Positions 39,170 through 52,960 of a DNA stretch of 64,000 nt are shown piece after piece. This stretch comes from Octopus sinensis (lineage: Eukaryota). Within the stretch, counting starts at the first letter, position 1. Each line of letters opens with the position of its first letter. The stretch is taken from positions 46,934,001-46,998,000 of the forward strand of contig NC_043006.1 of the NCBI RefSeq assembly GCF_006345805.1. The letters run 5' to 3'. Position numbers and translations under genes: made by a program. Under the pieces are notes generated by a model, which worked only from the letters and a program-made list of their open reading frames with translations, ran no database searches and had not been told where the DNA came from.

Positions 39170-39870
39170 GAACCGAATTACGCATCGTGTTATTATCAAG
39201 TACTTGCAGAAAAAGAGTTTAGCTCCCGAGCGATACTCACGCTGACAAGATTGCTACTTTGGGAGACTTCGTTCAGGCTATATCAATAGTGCAAAAGTGG
39301 GCAACTGAATTTAGTAAGGAAAGGGAGCGTAATTAATTCGACTCGTGGTCTGGACATCCTGCAACCGCCACCACGAAGAAGACATTGATCATGTGTACCA
39401 CATGCGGATAGATGAGAGACAATTGATTTTAAATCAATCATCCAATGCTATTAACATATTCCGTTGAGAATATTCTGCCCGATGAATTTGACACGACGAA
39501 GGTTTCTGATCAGTGGGTACCAAGACTTCTGACACTTCGTAAAAAACACATCAGCCTAATCATATAACGGGGAAAATAACTGACATTGTTTGAGGCAGAT
39601 TCAGCTGAACGTTTCCTAACTGAAGATGAGCTCTGAGTTCATCACTTTGAGCCAGAGACAATGAGAGAATCAATGTAGGGAAAACAGCCGTCCATCTGCC
39701 TCAAAGCAGGCCAAAGTCATTTCATTTACAGGAATGGTAATGGCCACAATCTGTAGGTATGCAAATGGAATGGTATTTATTGACTCTCTTCAAAAGAGTC
39801 ACACCTTTTATTGAATGTACTATGCCAACTTGCTTTTGACAGTTAGGAAAGACTATCAATGCCAAAAGCC
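39170..39870 (+). pseudogene. Decayed mariner transposase (N-terminal and central part)
   Basis: Broken translation HRVIIKYLQKK...VQKWATEF...GHPATATT...KVSDQWVPRLLT...RFLTEDEL*VHHFEPET...KQAKV; includes the WVPRLL signature and the first catalytic-D region. Confidence 0.85.
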
Positions 39871-39872
39871 TG

Positions 39873-39954
<82 letters not shown>

Positions 39955-40459
39955 CGCGTGTATGTGTCTGTGTGTGTGTCTGTGTGTGTGTTTGTATGTA
40001 CGTGTGAGAGTGTGTGTATGTATATATATTTAGCATAGAGTAAAAGGCTATGCTCAGGTGGGTATTTCCAGAGAAGCACACGAACCGAATACTGAGCTAT
40101 CAACACACTCAGGTTCCAAGCCGAAGCCAGGTTCTTCAGGTATAGAGAATCTACGTTCCACGACGATTATACCGACAAATGAGTTTAGCGAAGAGTAAAT
40201 AATCCAATGAAAAGAAGAACAGAGGGAAAATTCTTTAACACATCAATAATTATAAGTTACAATTCTGTCCGTCTCATCTCAATTTACAGCACCATTTTTA
40301 CGCGACAATTCTAAATGAAAGAGCTTTAATAGCACACCTTTGATGCAAATCTGATGAAGTGCCTCTCGAATATTACGTGATTTATCCCATCCAGAATTTT
40401 CGCGTTGCAAATTGAGATGGTACGGAAACAAATGTAACTTATGAAGATGTATCGAAGAA

Positions 40460-40517
40460 GTATGTATATATGTATGTATGTATGTATGTATATATATATA
40501 TACATATATATATATAC

Positions 40518-40600
<83 letters not shown>

Positions 40601-40899
40601 GTTCATATTTTTTATGAGTAATCGCTAGAAGTTGGAATGTGTTTTAATGGGCAATTTGCGTTGGCATTTATCTAATTGGTGTCAAATCAAGTGTGTTTTC
40701 ATTTATAAACCAGCGATAATGATATTTCCTGGCATTGTTCTGATACAAATATATTCAAAGAATTGCTACATCATATGGATAATTCAAATTTTTTAAATGG
40801 TTTGTCCGTTACGCCGAGCAAAAATCAAATAAACACATGAACAAATACAGACGCATGCATAATTGAGAGCGGTTGTGTTTATGTAGGCATATATGTCTG

Positions 40900-40935
<36 letters not shown>

Positions 40936-40937
40936 TA

Positions 40938-41008
<71 letters not shown>

Positions 41009-41019
41009 TATATATATAT

Positions 41020-41077
<58 letters not shown>

Positions 41078-41229
41078 ATACAGATATGTATATATATCTA
41101 CACATATATGTATATATATACACATATATGTATATATATATATATCATATATATATGTATGCATGTATGTATATATATCTATATCTATATACATATATAT
41201 ATATATATATTATATATATATATATATAT

Positions 41230-41277
<48 letters not shown>

Positions 41278-41290
41278 TATATATATATAA
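40460..41290. repeat. Large (TA)n arrays (40460-40600 and 40900-41290)
   Basis: Direct reading. Confidence 0.92.
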
Positions 41291-42272
41291 CGCACGAAGC
41301 GTTACGAGGTAGACACATGGACAGAGAGACAAAAATAAAATAAAATAGTTATACGGAAACGTCTAGATTGTTCACGAGACAGATAGATTGATGTAATGAT
41401 AAATCGATTGATATCAATAGTTAAACAGAAATACATTGATGTAAAAAGAAAAAGTGTAAAAAAAATTGCAGTGACTTATAAAACGTTGTGGAATTATTAT
41501 TATCATTATTATTTTTTTTTTCTTTTGAAACACCGAGGAGATATTCTTTGACATTTTCAGCATTTCCTATCCATTTACTCTAAATCTGTCTTTATTTCGA
41601 GTGCTATTGTGAGTAAAAACCGATGCTTTTAACCTTCACATAAAGGACTGAAATGTCATCGAACGAACAATAATCACTAAAAACTGAAAATTGAATAGGT
41701 ATTCAGAAATTTGAAATATTTTGACTAATGTTATATTTTGACATATTCCCGAAACAGCTTGTCCGATAGATACTTCTTTATGTAACTAATGCATCGGGTT
41801 ACGTCATTTGAATATGTCTTTTTTTTTATAATCGTTGATGGTGAGCCGCAGAGCCAAAGTAGTATTGAGTTTATTAATGTCAATAAGATTGATTCACTTA
41901 AAGTCGAATATAAAGATATTAGCGGTGAACGAGTCCGCAAACTGTCTCTGATTTCCATTCAAACTCGATAAATCTTCCTTCGTTGCTACTGACCACGCAT
42001 TAAATTTATAAAATTTCCAAATACTTCTTTCGTCTGGCGATTATTAAAGACAAGCCAATATCAGTATGCGAAAATGTAATAATGAGACAAGGTGGGAGTT
42101 TTCTATCCACAAGCGGCTTCCGATTCCTAGTTGAAGCTGAAACCGTTTATGATCTGATTGTTCTTTCAAAAATGCTTGTTTCTTACGATTTTCATTATCT
42201 TTATACATTTTTTAAGCAAGATTTTTTAATACTATAATTTTTGTATATAGCTAGTAAAATAAAGGCAAGTAG

Positions 42273-42545
42273 AGGCGCAATGGCCCAGTGGTTAGGGCAG
42301 CGGACTCGCAGTCGGAGGATTGCGGTTTCGATTCCTAGACCGGCCGTTGTGTGTATTTATTCAGCGAAAACACCTAAAGCTCCACGAGGCTCCGGCAGCC
42401 TTTGTTGTACTCTTTCTTCCTGTTTCTTGAGTAACGCTGCGATGGACTGGCGCCTCGTCCAGATGGCGGGGGGGGGGGGCATATGCCACAGAAACCGAGA
42501 AAGCGGGCCCATGAGTCTGGCTAGGCTTGAAAAGAGCGTATAAAT
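42273..42545 (+). mobile_element. tRNA-derived SINE family D
   Basis: GGCGCAATGGCCCAGTGGTTAGGG (A box), GGTTTCGATTCC (B box), body, and A-rich tail. Confidence 0.85.
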
Positions 42546-43087
42546 AAAAAAAGGAAACAAAAGGAAAAGAAAAAAAAGTATTCAGGACCTTTGTGAGATT
42601 AAGGTGTTTGCTTTGACTTCAATGATGACGATCAGGGTGAAAAAGAAAATGAAGAAAGAGGAACTAGTCTCGATGAAGAAGAAACGGGAGTCAGTAATGT
42701 ACAAGAAGAGCATGAAAAAATTGAGGAAGATGAGATGAAGAGCGGGAAGGAGGAGGGGAGGAGAGAAGAAGAAGTGGAGGAAGAGAAAAGTAAGAGGTGG
42801 AAAAAAATTTATATTAACAGTCGTACTATGAATTCAAGTCCCCGCCTTTCTCAAATGGTTTTCAATAATTTATCTGTTGTTGCACTTATTATATCCTACG
42901 GACGATCGTCTTCCTATCTTACGAACTCTCGTCTTTGTATTTTGCACTGCCTCATAGCTGAGTAACTCCGACTCTCTTTCCATAGTTTATGATTTGGGAA
43001 GTTGTGAACAACCATATTCAGCTTTATATATTTTGCCTTGCCCACTTTCATATGAAATAATTCTCTCCTCTCTTCAGGTCCACAATA

Positions 43088-43288
43088 TACCTATTTCTTT
43101 ATTACCCACAAGGGGCTGAACATAGAGGAGACAAACATGGACAGACCTAGGTATTAAGTCTATTATATCGACCCCGAAAGGATGAAAGGCAAAGTCGACC
43201 TCGGCGGAATTTGAACTCACAACGTAACGGCAGACGAAATACCGCTAAGCATTTCGCCCGACGTGCTAACGATTCTGCTAGCTCGCCG
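43088..43288 (-). mobile_element. SINE family A monomer with internal deletion
   Basis: CGACCCCGAAAGGATGAAAGGCAAAGTCGACCTCGGCGGAATTTGAACTC...GCTAGCTCGCCG. Confidence 0.9.
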
Positions 43289-43454
43289 ATCACGCAGTGT
43301 GCCACCAGTTGTCCTATTTATTTACTTATTTATATATTTATTTATTCCCATTCCGTTCAATCGATGTTGCTGAATTCCATGTCCTTGAAAATTTCCATGT
43401 CTTCGTTTTGCTATTTACTTTCTTTTACATCGATTCTATACAAATCCACTTTTA

Positions 43455-43640
43455 CATCGCTTGACAAGCGATACTGGTGTGTTTACGTCCCCGAAAGTTA
43501 GCGGTTTGGTAAAAGAGACCGATAGAACAAGTAATAGGCTTACAAAGAATAAATCCTTGGGGCGATTTGCTCGACTAAAAGGCGGTGCTCCAGCATGGCC
43601 GCTGTCAAATGATTGAAACAAGTAAAAGAGTAAAGAGTAT
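43455..43640 (+). mobile_element. SINE family B, 3' arm
   Basis: GTTTACGTCCCCG...TTAGCGGTT...CTCGACTAAAAGGCGGTGCTCCAGCATGGCC...GAAACAAGTAAAAGAGTAA. Confidence 0.85.
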
Positions 43641-43992
43641 GGTGAGAATTAATTATGTCCACTACAGTATATCAGATGAAGTTCACCTGAAGCTATTTCA
43701 AACAAATTTAGTCGCTTTACTTTCAATCAGAGATTAGGTATACGAGAAACAATGGTAGACGATATATTTTTGAAATATGTCGAATGAGACGCACCTTTTC
43801 TTATATTCAGATGTTTTACATTCTTGCAAGCTTGGTCAATGAAATCCAGAAATGAACGTGTCATATTTGCAGAAACGTTAGGACAACGAACTAGATATCA
43901 TATGAAGTTTGTTATTAGCATGAATTCCTGGCCAACACTGTTTACAGATCGCCAGAAACGATCATTCAGAAAGAAAAAATAAATATGCCCAC

Positions 43993-44082
43993 GGGCATAT
44001 GGCAAAGTGGTTAAGAGAGGGGGCTACTAACCCTAAGATTCTGAGTTCAATTCCAGGCAGTGACATGAATAATACTACTAAT
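43993..44082 (+). mobile_element. tRNA-like head with short TAA tail (same head as 28751)
   Basis: GGGCATATGGCAAAGTGGTTAAGAG...GAGTTCAATTCCAGGCAGTGACATGAATAAT; both A and B boxes present. Confidence 0.75.
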
Positions 44083-44479
44083 GAAAACAATATTTTTGTA
44101 CAATGTGGTAGTTTTAACAGTGTAGAGAAACAAATTTTGTCAGAAAGAAAAAAATAAGCAACAGAAAATGATAACGTGCGAGAACATTTCAAGTGAAATG
44201 TGGCCTCTGCTATGCTCGCGCATGAAATGACAAATATACTAAATAGATCTTAGGCAGGTCGCCTAGCCTTTTAGAGGAAGTAAAACTTGCTTGTCTCCAA
44301 TGTATAACTACAAAAAATAAAAAAATAACGGATAGCATACAAGTTTGCTCTATGTCAACCATTATTAGAGAAATGCAGGAGAATCATCTTGACTTTTCTT
44401 CAAACAACGTCAGGAATAAATCAGTTAAGAACGAGAAGAATATCCATGCCAGGCTTTAGGGGAGGCAAAACGTTTAAGA

Positions 44480-45000
44480 ATAATGATGAGGAAGATGGCA
44501 GAAGAAGAAGTAGGAGAAGAAGAAGAGGAAGAAGAAGAAGAGGAAGAAAAAGAAGTTGATAAAGAAGAAGGAGAAGACGAAGAAAAGAAGAAGAAGGAGG
44601 AGGAGGAGAAGAAGGAGAAGAAGAGGGAGAAGAAGAAGAAGAAGAGGAGAAGAAGAAGAAGAGAAGAAGAGGAGAAGAAGAAGAAGAAGAAGAAGGAGGA
44701 GGAGAAGAAGAGGAAGGAGAAGAAAGAGAAGAAGAAGAGAGAAGAAGAAGAAGAAGAAGAAAGAGAAGAAGGGGAGGAGGAGAAGGAGACGAAGAAGAAG
44801 GAGAAGAAGGGGGAGAGGAAGAAGAAGAAGAAGAAAATGGAGAAGATGAAGAATACGGTGATGATGAAGATGAAGATAATGATGATGGAGATGGTTATGA
44901 TGACGACGGCAACGACAACAACGAAAATGATGATGACAAGGCCGATGATGATGACTACCATGATGATGATGATCGTGATGATGAGGATGAGGATGTTGAA
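44480..45000. repeat. (GAA/GGA)n then (GAT)n purine-rich array
   Basis: Direct reading. Confidence 0.95.
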
Positions 45001-45554
45001 AGAGGATTAGTATAAGAAAAGGAAGATGAGTAGGAGGGGGCAGAAAAAGTAGAAGATTTATACGAACAAAGACGGAGAGCAAGAATGCCAAACGAGGGGA
45101 ATTAGAATAAGAACGATGTAAAAATGAGTTCATTGTATTTATTTATTTTCGTAGCAATTCACAAACTATCGCAAGGGGTTTTACACTCTTCCATATGCAT
45201 ATGGTGTTTCATCATACTATTTTCATGGCAGGTAAATATGATTTGTACAAGAGATTTGTAATGCAAGGTAATTTCTTAGACATTTTTTTGTCAATTGATT
45301 CCGATGTCATCCAAATGGCAATTTAATGCATGAGACCAACATGACATATGATATTGCAGAGAGTATATCCAATTTACTTATTCTGATCTCTTCAAGACAC
45401 CTAATTTATTCCTTCAGGAAATTTATTTCTCTTTACCATTTACAAGATAATCTCTTTGCTGATATAAAATAATTGCATGCTAAACATGTCCCCTCTACCT
45501 GTCAAATATTTATTTTTCTCTTTTGGATGCATCATATGTCTTAGTTTCTGTGTC

Positions 45555-45604
45555 TATATATTTATGTATGTATATATATATATATATATAATATATATAT
45601 ACAT

Positions 45605-45650
<46 letters not shown>

Positions 45651-45855
45651 ATATACATATATATATATACATATATATACATACATATATATATATACAT
45701 ATATATATACATATACATATATATATATATACATATGTATGTATGCATATATATGTATATATATGAATATATATATATATATGAATATATATATATATAT
45801 ATTTATATACATATATACATAGATTTACTGAGTATATAAATGTGCATACATGCAT

Positions 45856-45919
<64 letters not shown>

Positions 45920-45920
45920 G
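45555..45920. repeat. (TA)n-rich array
   Basis: Direct reading. Confidence 0.92.
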
Positions 45921-47079
45921 ACCCATACTCCTGTGTGAGTGTATGTATCTGATAACTGTATGTTGTATCACAAAATAAAATATATGTATATGACAGGTAG
46001 AGAGAGTAACTTGGGTAAGCAATACACGCGCACACATACACATACACACACTCACTCACACACACACACGCACGTATATGCGTATGCATGTATGCATTTA
46101 TGTATGCATACGGGCATCTATGCATTTTAGAAATATATATTTATACTTGGACATTGTATCAAAATAGGAGAGCAAATAAAAATCGACAGAGAAATGAAAT
46201 AAATATCAATAATTTTTTCTTTCTGTTTGGTTTTGAATGATATTGCTGGAACATAAAAACAATTCTTTAATCAAGGATTAACGATGCTGACTCAATTTAT
46301 AAAATCTAAACTGAGAAAATCAAAAGGCAACATGGAAGAGTAAGCACAATTACTTGCATAAATATATGCGATTTTGTGAAAATTCTATTTCTAATAAATT
46401 CAGTTTCGTAGATATGCTTAACAATATTTGGCAGTTTAGTTCAAGCTTATTCATAAATACATGTTTAGAATAATTAGCAATATTGCACATACTGCGCAAA
46501 ATTGAAAATACAGCGTAGGCGTAAAACGATTTCACAAATTTCAGGATGGTATTCATTAAATCACTTGATCTCAACCCGTGATAAAACTAAAACAAGTACA
46601 TCCTTTTAAGGTCATTTCATAAGTAAAATATGTGCGACTAAAATTTTTATTCTGATGCTTGATGAAATAAATTTAAATCAAAAGTGAATTTAGGAACTCT
46701 GTATGTTATGGTAAGTCTCTACCAAGATTGAGTTGCCCTTTCACATATATTCCGAAAGATGGTAGAATTATGTGTCCTCATTTCTTCTAGTATTAGCGAG
46801 AAGTATCTACTTTACTTCTCAAAGTCCGAAACTTGATACGTGGCTGTTTCTTTCAAAGTTTGCCAGTTCGTAACTACAAGGAATATGTGAGCGATAGATA
46901 AATTTTAAGGAAGTATAATTCTGGCTCTAAAGAATATGAGGGAAATATATTTAAGACAAAGAGTGCAAAATAGAATGCGATGAGACGCATATCTCGTGTG
47001 ATATGCGACGGAAACAACATGCAAATAGTTATTTGCGATGACGAGGCTCAGTTAAAGTAGGAGTAGATTGAGGATGCGG

Positions 47080-47407
47080 AAACCCCCTTCAGTCACGAAT
47101 GAACATGAGATTGCACCTAGAAAGTTACCCTCCAAGACACAAGTCTGGACAACGTTGTTTATGGAAGACCAGCAGTCGCCCAAGCATACCAGTCTCATCT
47201 CTCCACGCCACTGATATTAGCCAAGGGAAAGGCAAAGGCCGATACAGCTTGGTATCAGTGACGTCGCAACTCATTTCTACAGCTGAGTGCAACGTGAAAT
47301 AAAGTGTCTTGCTCAAGAACATATCACGCAGCCCGGTCCGGGATTCGAACTCACAACCTCACGGTCGTAAGATCGGAGCTCTAGCCATTGACCCATGCTC
47401 TTTCACA
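47080..47407 (-). mobile_element. tRNA-derived SINE family C
   Basis: Minus-strand head ...CAATGGCTAGAGCTCCG...GTGAGTTCGAATCCCGGACCGGGC; colinear with 53945-54275. Confidence 0.85.
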
Positions 47408-49143
47408 GATTGAGGATATATTAAATAATCGTTTTTGTGTTTATTTAAAGTATATTCTTCACCCGGGCAACTTTCTCTATTTTATTTTGTAGGATATTTG
47501 TGTAACCGTAGACCTGTGGGAGTCTGAGTTTTGTTGTAGAGTAGACAAGTTCATCAACCAGAGCTGTACTATGTTCGGGTGTAGCCGCAGACAGGGCAGT
47601 AGTTTTCATGATAACTACGGAGGCATAAGCATATATCATATACCACTGATGCTTTCAATGTTCATTTACCATGGTGATCTGACTAGGGGTTTCAAACCCG
47701 AGTTATGTAATATAGATGATGTAATATATAATGTAATATTATGGGAATGACTTACAGCGTACTCGAGTTAAATTTGACGATATTATATATATTTTTTTCA
47801 GTAACAGCTTGATGTAATGGTGAAGAGTTAATAGCGTTGAAGAGCATAAATATTGACATTGAGAAAAGGTTAGCCGACTTCATGGACTGGAAGCCATCTT
47901 AATATTAAAAAATATTTAACTACATCATGATAACTCACGCTGCCGCTCACTGCTTTCTGAATACAAATGTGGCGTGAATAGTCGCAACGGGAAGTACAAA
48001 ATCTTGGTCGACATGACACAGTAGGCGCCCGGACCACGTCCGAAAGTAGATATTCATTGAAATGATGGACAGGGCCTCAACCTGAATTCAGACGGCAACC
48101 CGGAGCTGCTGTAGACTGTGCCCAAACGCTGGCTGGAAGAGATTGCTTGTAGAAGGCCATATATGAGGCAACTGGATTAGGGTTCTTGTCATACCTCCGA
48201 AAATAGTCACACAGGGGAGTTGGGGAATTCCTACGACTTCACCATCTCCAATTTCTGACATCTTGTTTCCTTCTATTGCAATTACAATAAGTGGATGGAG
48301 CTCTGACTGCAGCAGCAAAACATATAACATAATATTATATACAGACTCACATACACAAAAATGTATGATATATGTATATATATAGGTGTGTATATCTATA
48401 TGCATAAATACACATATATATATATATATATATATACTTTATATAATATTTTATATATTGTATATAAGGGGTAAGTAATAATCTTTAATAAATATACTTC
48501 ATAATATTGAATATCGTGAAATTATCAAATAGTTTTCAAACATATTATTAAATATATAACTCCCAAGAATGATGCAATGAGTAACACATATTTTTAAATG
48601 TCTAAATTTATTATGATTCATTAAATTTAGAACTCATATATATATTAAATCATTCAAAGATAACGTGTCTATTATAATAACTTAATTCTTTAAACAGTTT
48701 CATTGAGATACGAACTCAGAACCTACACACTACGTAATATTGTATAAGTTTGAAAGATAATTAGATACAAGTTTAAATATAATGATCAAAGTATCATAGG
48801 ATATATTTACGTAAATGAATCGAAAGTTATATTCCAAAGTGACAGCATTCACTTTCAAATGAAATGCTGTTGCATTTTGAAGTTATATTAGCAACGCTTA
48901 TTAATTTTTATATTCATAATTTAATTATAATTTATATTATGAATTCTTATTTATTAAACACTATTAAATTACTACTTTAATTTACTCGCACAGTCATAAA
49001 ATTAAGTAGCAAATTAATTGATATCATATTACTTTAGAAATAACGTAGAAATGTTACCTTCCTATATTACATTGACACACATGTATTAATACATACGCCA
49101 TATTACATATACGTATTTCACATTTATATATATATATATATAA

Positions 49144-49217
<74 letters not shown>

Positions 49218-49850
49218 ACACACAAACACGCATATATGTGTATATAATGTATTCACAGTCACCGAAAGAGAGAAATACTTCTGCATGTACAGTGTGTTTA
49301 AGTGCGTGTGTGAGCGTGTGTACATTTGTGTGTGTGTTTGCGCTTGTGTTTATGTGTCTGTATGCCTCTACATACAGACACATAAACTGTATGTAAAACT
49401 GCTTTCTCTCTTCTATTCAATAAACGACACATTTCCAGTTTTATGGTTTCTTTAATCGAGGTTTGACATATTCGCTTTGGAAAGTTCACAGTATTCATCG
49501 TGCATATGTTTACACCTTTATAACCTCTTAATCAGAGTGATGCGATGTTGGTCATATACATAGCATTATTTAACTGTAACAACGAAGTATTACATCACTT
49601 TCTATCGAATCCATCGACCAGTCATGTCACTTGGGGTTCAGTCTGATGCGGTCTTCTACTTTTAATTTATTTTGAAAATTTTGTCTTCTAGGCAAATAAA
49701 AAAAGGAAAAACTCAGCAAATATCCTTTACATCCTTGGGTACAATTGCGAGTTAAAAGATATGAACTTATCTTCGTTCTGATCACTCACGTACATACACA
49801 CATGCATTCACTCATACATACATACATAGATACATAGATACATGCATGTA

Positions 49851-49906
<56 letters not shown>

Positions 49907-50139
49907 TTATATTGTATAGAGGGCATTATTACACATAAATGCCACACGCTAAGAGGGACATAAGTCATTACTACCAAAATTTAACTAATCATACCGAATG
50001 CAGCTCTCGAAGCAAGACATTTAAAAAACTGAATTTAGAGAGCTACATTCGGTATGATTAGTTAAATTTTTGTAGTTATGACTCATGTCCCTCTTAGCGT
50101 GTGGCATTTATGTGTAATAATGCCCTCTATACAATATAA
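49907..50139. repeat. 102-bp-arm foldback with 29-nt spacer
   Basis: 49907-50008 and 50038-50139 are reverse complements with 4 mismatches. Confidence 0.95.
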
Positions 50140-50417
50140 ATAAATATTTTCAAGTGTAAAAATTATTTTCGGATTTTTTCTCTTATGAGGTTTTTCACGC
50201 TAACTACCTGATAATTTCTTGTTAAGATTCCTTATTAAGATTTTATCCTTAATTGTTAAAGTTATATATATATACAATATTTAAATTTAAATGTTGAATT
50301 GAATCTAACGGTTTTGTGTGTTTCTTAAATGGCTTATAAACACCTTCCACGCTGCAATTGTTTTCGTTCCAGCACACGATCTCAGATCAAGTCACTCGCT
50401 GTGCAAGTACATCTCCG

Positions 50418-50472
<55 letters not shown>

Positions 50473-50759
50473 AATTTTAACTCAGAATGTAGCGACGTAC
50501 TTAATGTATTTTCTATGAGGGGGTTATTTTCTTCCCTATCATTATATATAGTCTGAGTATAAACTCAGACTATGTTAACATCACTATTTCGTTAATATGT
50601 CTCAGTGAGATCTTGCAGGTGTAGAAATTCATTCTCCATCACGATCCATACTCAATTAATCCCTATACATTATGTCAAGGTTAATCCGGATGCCCCCCTG
50701 CTATATTTTGTTATCTTCGCTAAAATATATACATCTCATTAAAATATACACACACACAT

Positions 50760-51047
50760 ACATATATATACATATATATATGTGTGTGTGTATGTGTGTG
50801 TGCGTGTGTGTGTGTGAATGTATGTATGTATTTGTGTGTCTGTGTTTGGCACCCACTCCACCAACACGCCACTTGACAACCTATGCTGGTGTTTACTTCC
50901 TGGTAACCTTAGCGGTTCAGCACAAGAGGCGGATACTATAAGTACTAGGCTTGCGTAGGACAAGTCTTGGAATCGAATTGCTCAACTGAAGGCAGTGCTC
51001 CAGCATGGTCGTAGTCAAATAAGTGAAACAAATAAAAGAGTAAAAGA
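50760..51047 (+). mobile_element. SINE family B, microsatellite plus 3' arm
   Basis: CTTAGCGGTTCAGCA...AAGTACTAGGCTT...GGCAGTGCTCCAGCATGG...GAAACAAATAAAAGAGTAAAAG. Confidence 0.75.
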
Positions 51048-51457
51048 ATATGTATACACAATTTTAACTCACAATATATAGAAGAAAAAACATCTCCTAA
51101 ATCTATCTTTTTACAAAGCATAACAAATAAAACATTATTGTTTAACATTGATTTTTTTTTTCCTCATCCGATGAGCTAGCTGGATTTATGCGTTAATTCA
51201 TAGATTATTTATATTAATGCAATAATTCACGTGTTATTATTTATAATAAAATAACTTATGTATATCTTCAATAATAATACTTGCTGTATATATCTTCCAT
51301 GTGATGGACGATAAAGCCATTGCGGTTGACATTATTTGTAGCTGGTTTTAGCTCTCAACGTTTATGGGAACGCTACGTTAACAACAATGTGGTGAATGCC
51401 GCATTTGAATATGGTGAATGTTTACTCAGGGTTTATTCCAACAATTTCTGACCTGGC

Positions 51458-51669
51458 TGTTAGCGCGCCGGGCGGAATGCTTAGCGGTATTTCGTCTGTC
51501 GTTACGTTCTGAGTTCAAATTCCGCCGAGGTCGACTTTGCCTTTCATCCTTTCGGGGTCGATAAATAAAAGTACCAGTTTCGCACTGGGGTCGATGTAAT
51601 CGTCTTAATCCCTTTGTCTGTCCTTGTTTGTCCTCTCTATGTTTAGCCCCTTGTGGGCAATAAAGAAAT
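51458..51669 (+). mobile_element. SINE family A monomer, little diverged
   Basis: Near-consensus body and tail ending GGGCAATAAAGAAATA. Confidence 0.9.
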
Positions 51670-52379
51670 ATATTTTCCTCTCGTGAAGGAATACCTTCTT
51701 TGCTATGTGTTAGGTGGCTTTACTATACCCCTTAATTCACTCGATTCTATTAACCCTACTGATTTATATGAAGTTAGATGTATAAAAATAATGTTGTCCT
51801 AACAAGCAACATCATACTGGAAAGAAATTACATATCATTGCTGTCGACGCTCCTTCATGTTTTAACTTTTAACTTTTACTCAACTCCCGCTTGTATTCAA
51901 ACATTTCACGCTAATTTGGGCGTAATGGTTCCAGCTTAATTTCATTGCTGAAAGGAACCAGTAGAAATGTACTTATTTAAGATGTTTAAACATTTACATT
52001 TTATTCTATATGCTTACGCGAATGCCTATAAGAATTTCTGCACTATTATATATGAGAAAGAGACACACGAGAGTATACGTATATGTGTGTGTGAGCGTGT
52101 GTAAAATCACTTTGTTTATTGACGCGATATGTTATTTGCACTTGTTACATCTACGTTTGTTACGTGTTACTTTTACTTTATTTTATTAACACAACATCAA
52201 TCTGTAAGGATTTTCATTTCCTTAATGAACAAAGGTTTCAAATTGATTAAACACAATCGCTCCCATGTACCGAAACATTGCTACATATGAAACACCCAAC
52301 AAAAATACAACCTGTCTAGTTTACCCCAGTTTTTCTTTCTCTCTTTCCTTCACTCCCCCTCTCACATTCTATCTGTATG

Positions 52380-52960
<581 letters not shown>

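Noticed and set aside
41789-41971. 60-aa ORF with ordinary composition
   Set aside because: No motif, splice context or second copy; within chance expectation.
44425-45133. Long Glu/Lys/Arg-rich and hydrophobic ORFs (up to 219 aa)
   Set aside because: Translations of a (GAA/GGA)n(GAT)n array that is open in most frames; no domain or splice evidence.
51385-51402. Partial matches to conserved miRNAs (GGTGAATGCC here; GAAAGACATGG at ~20440)
   Set aside because: Only 10-11 nt of identity and no precursor hairpin.
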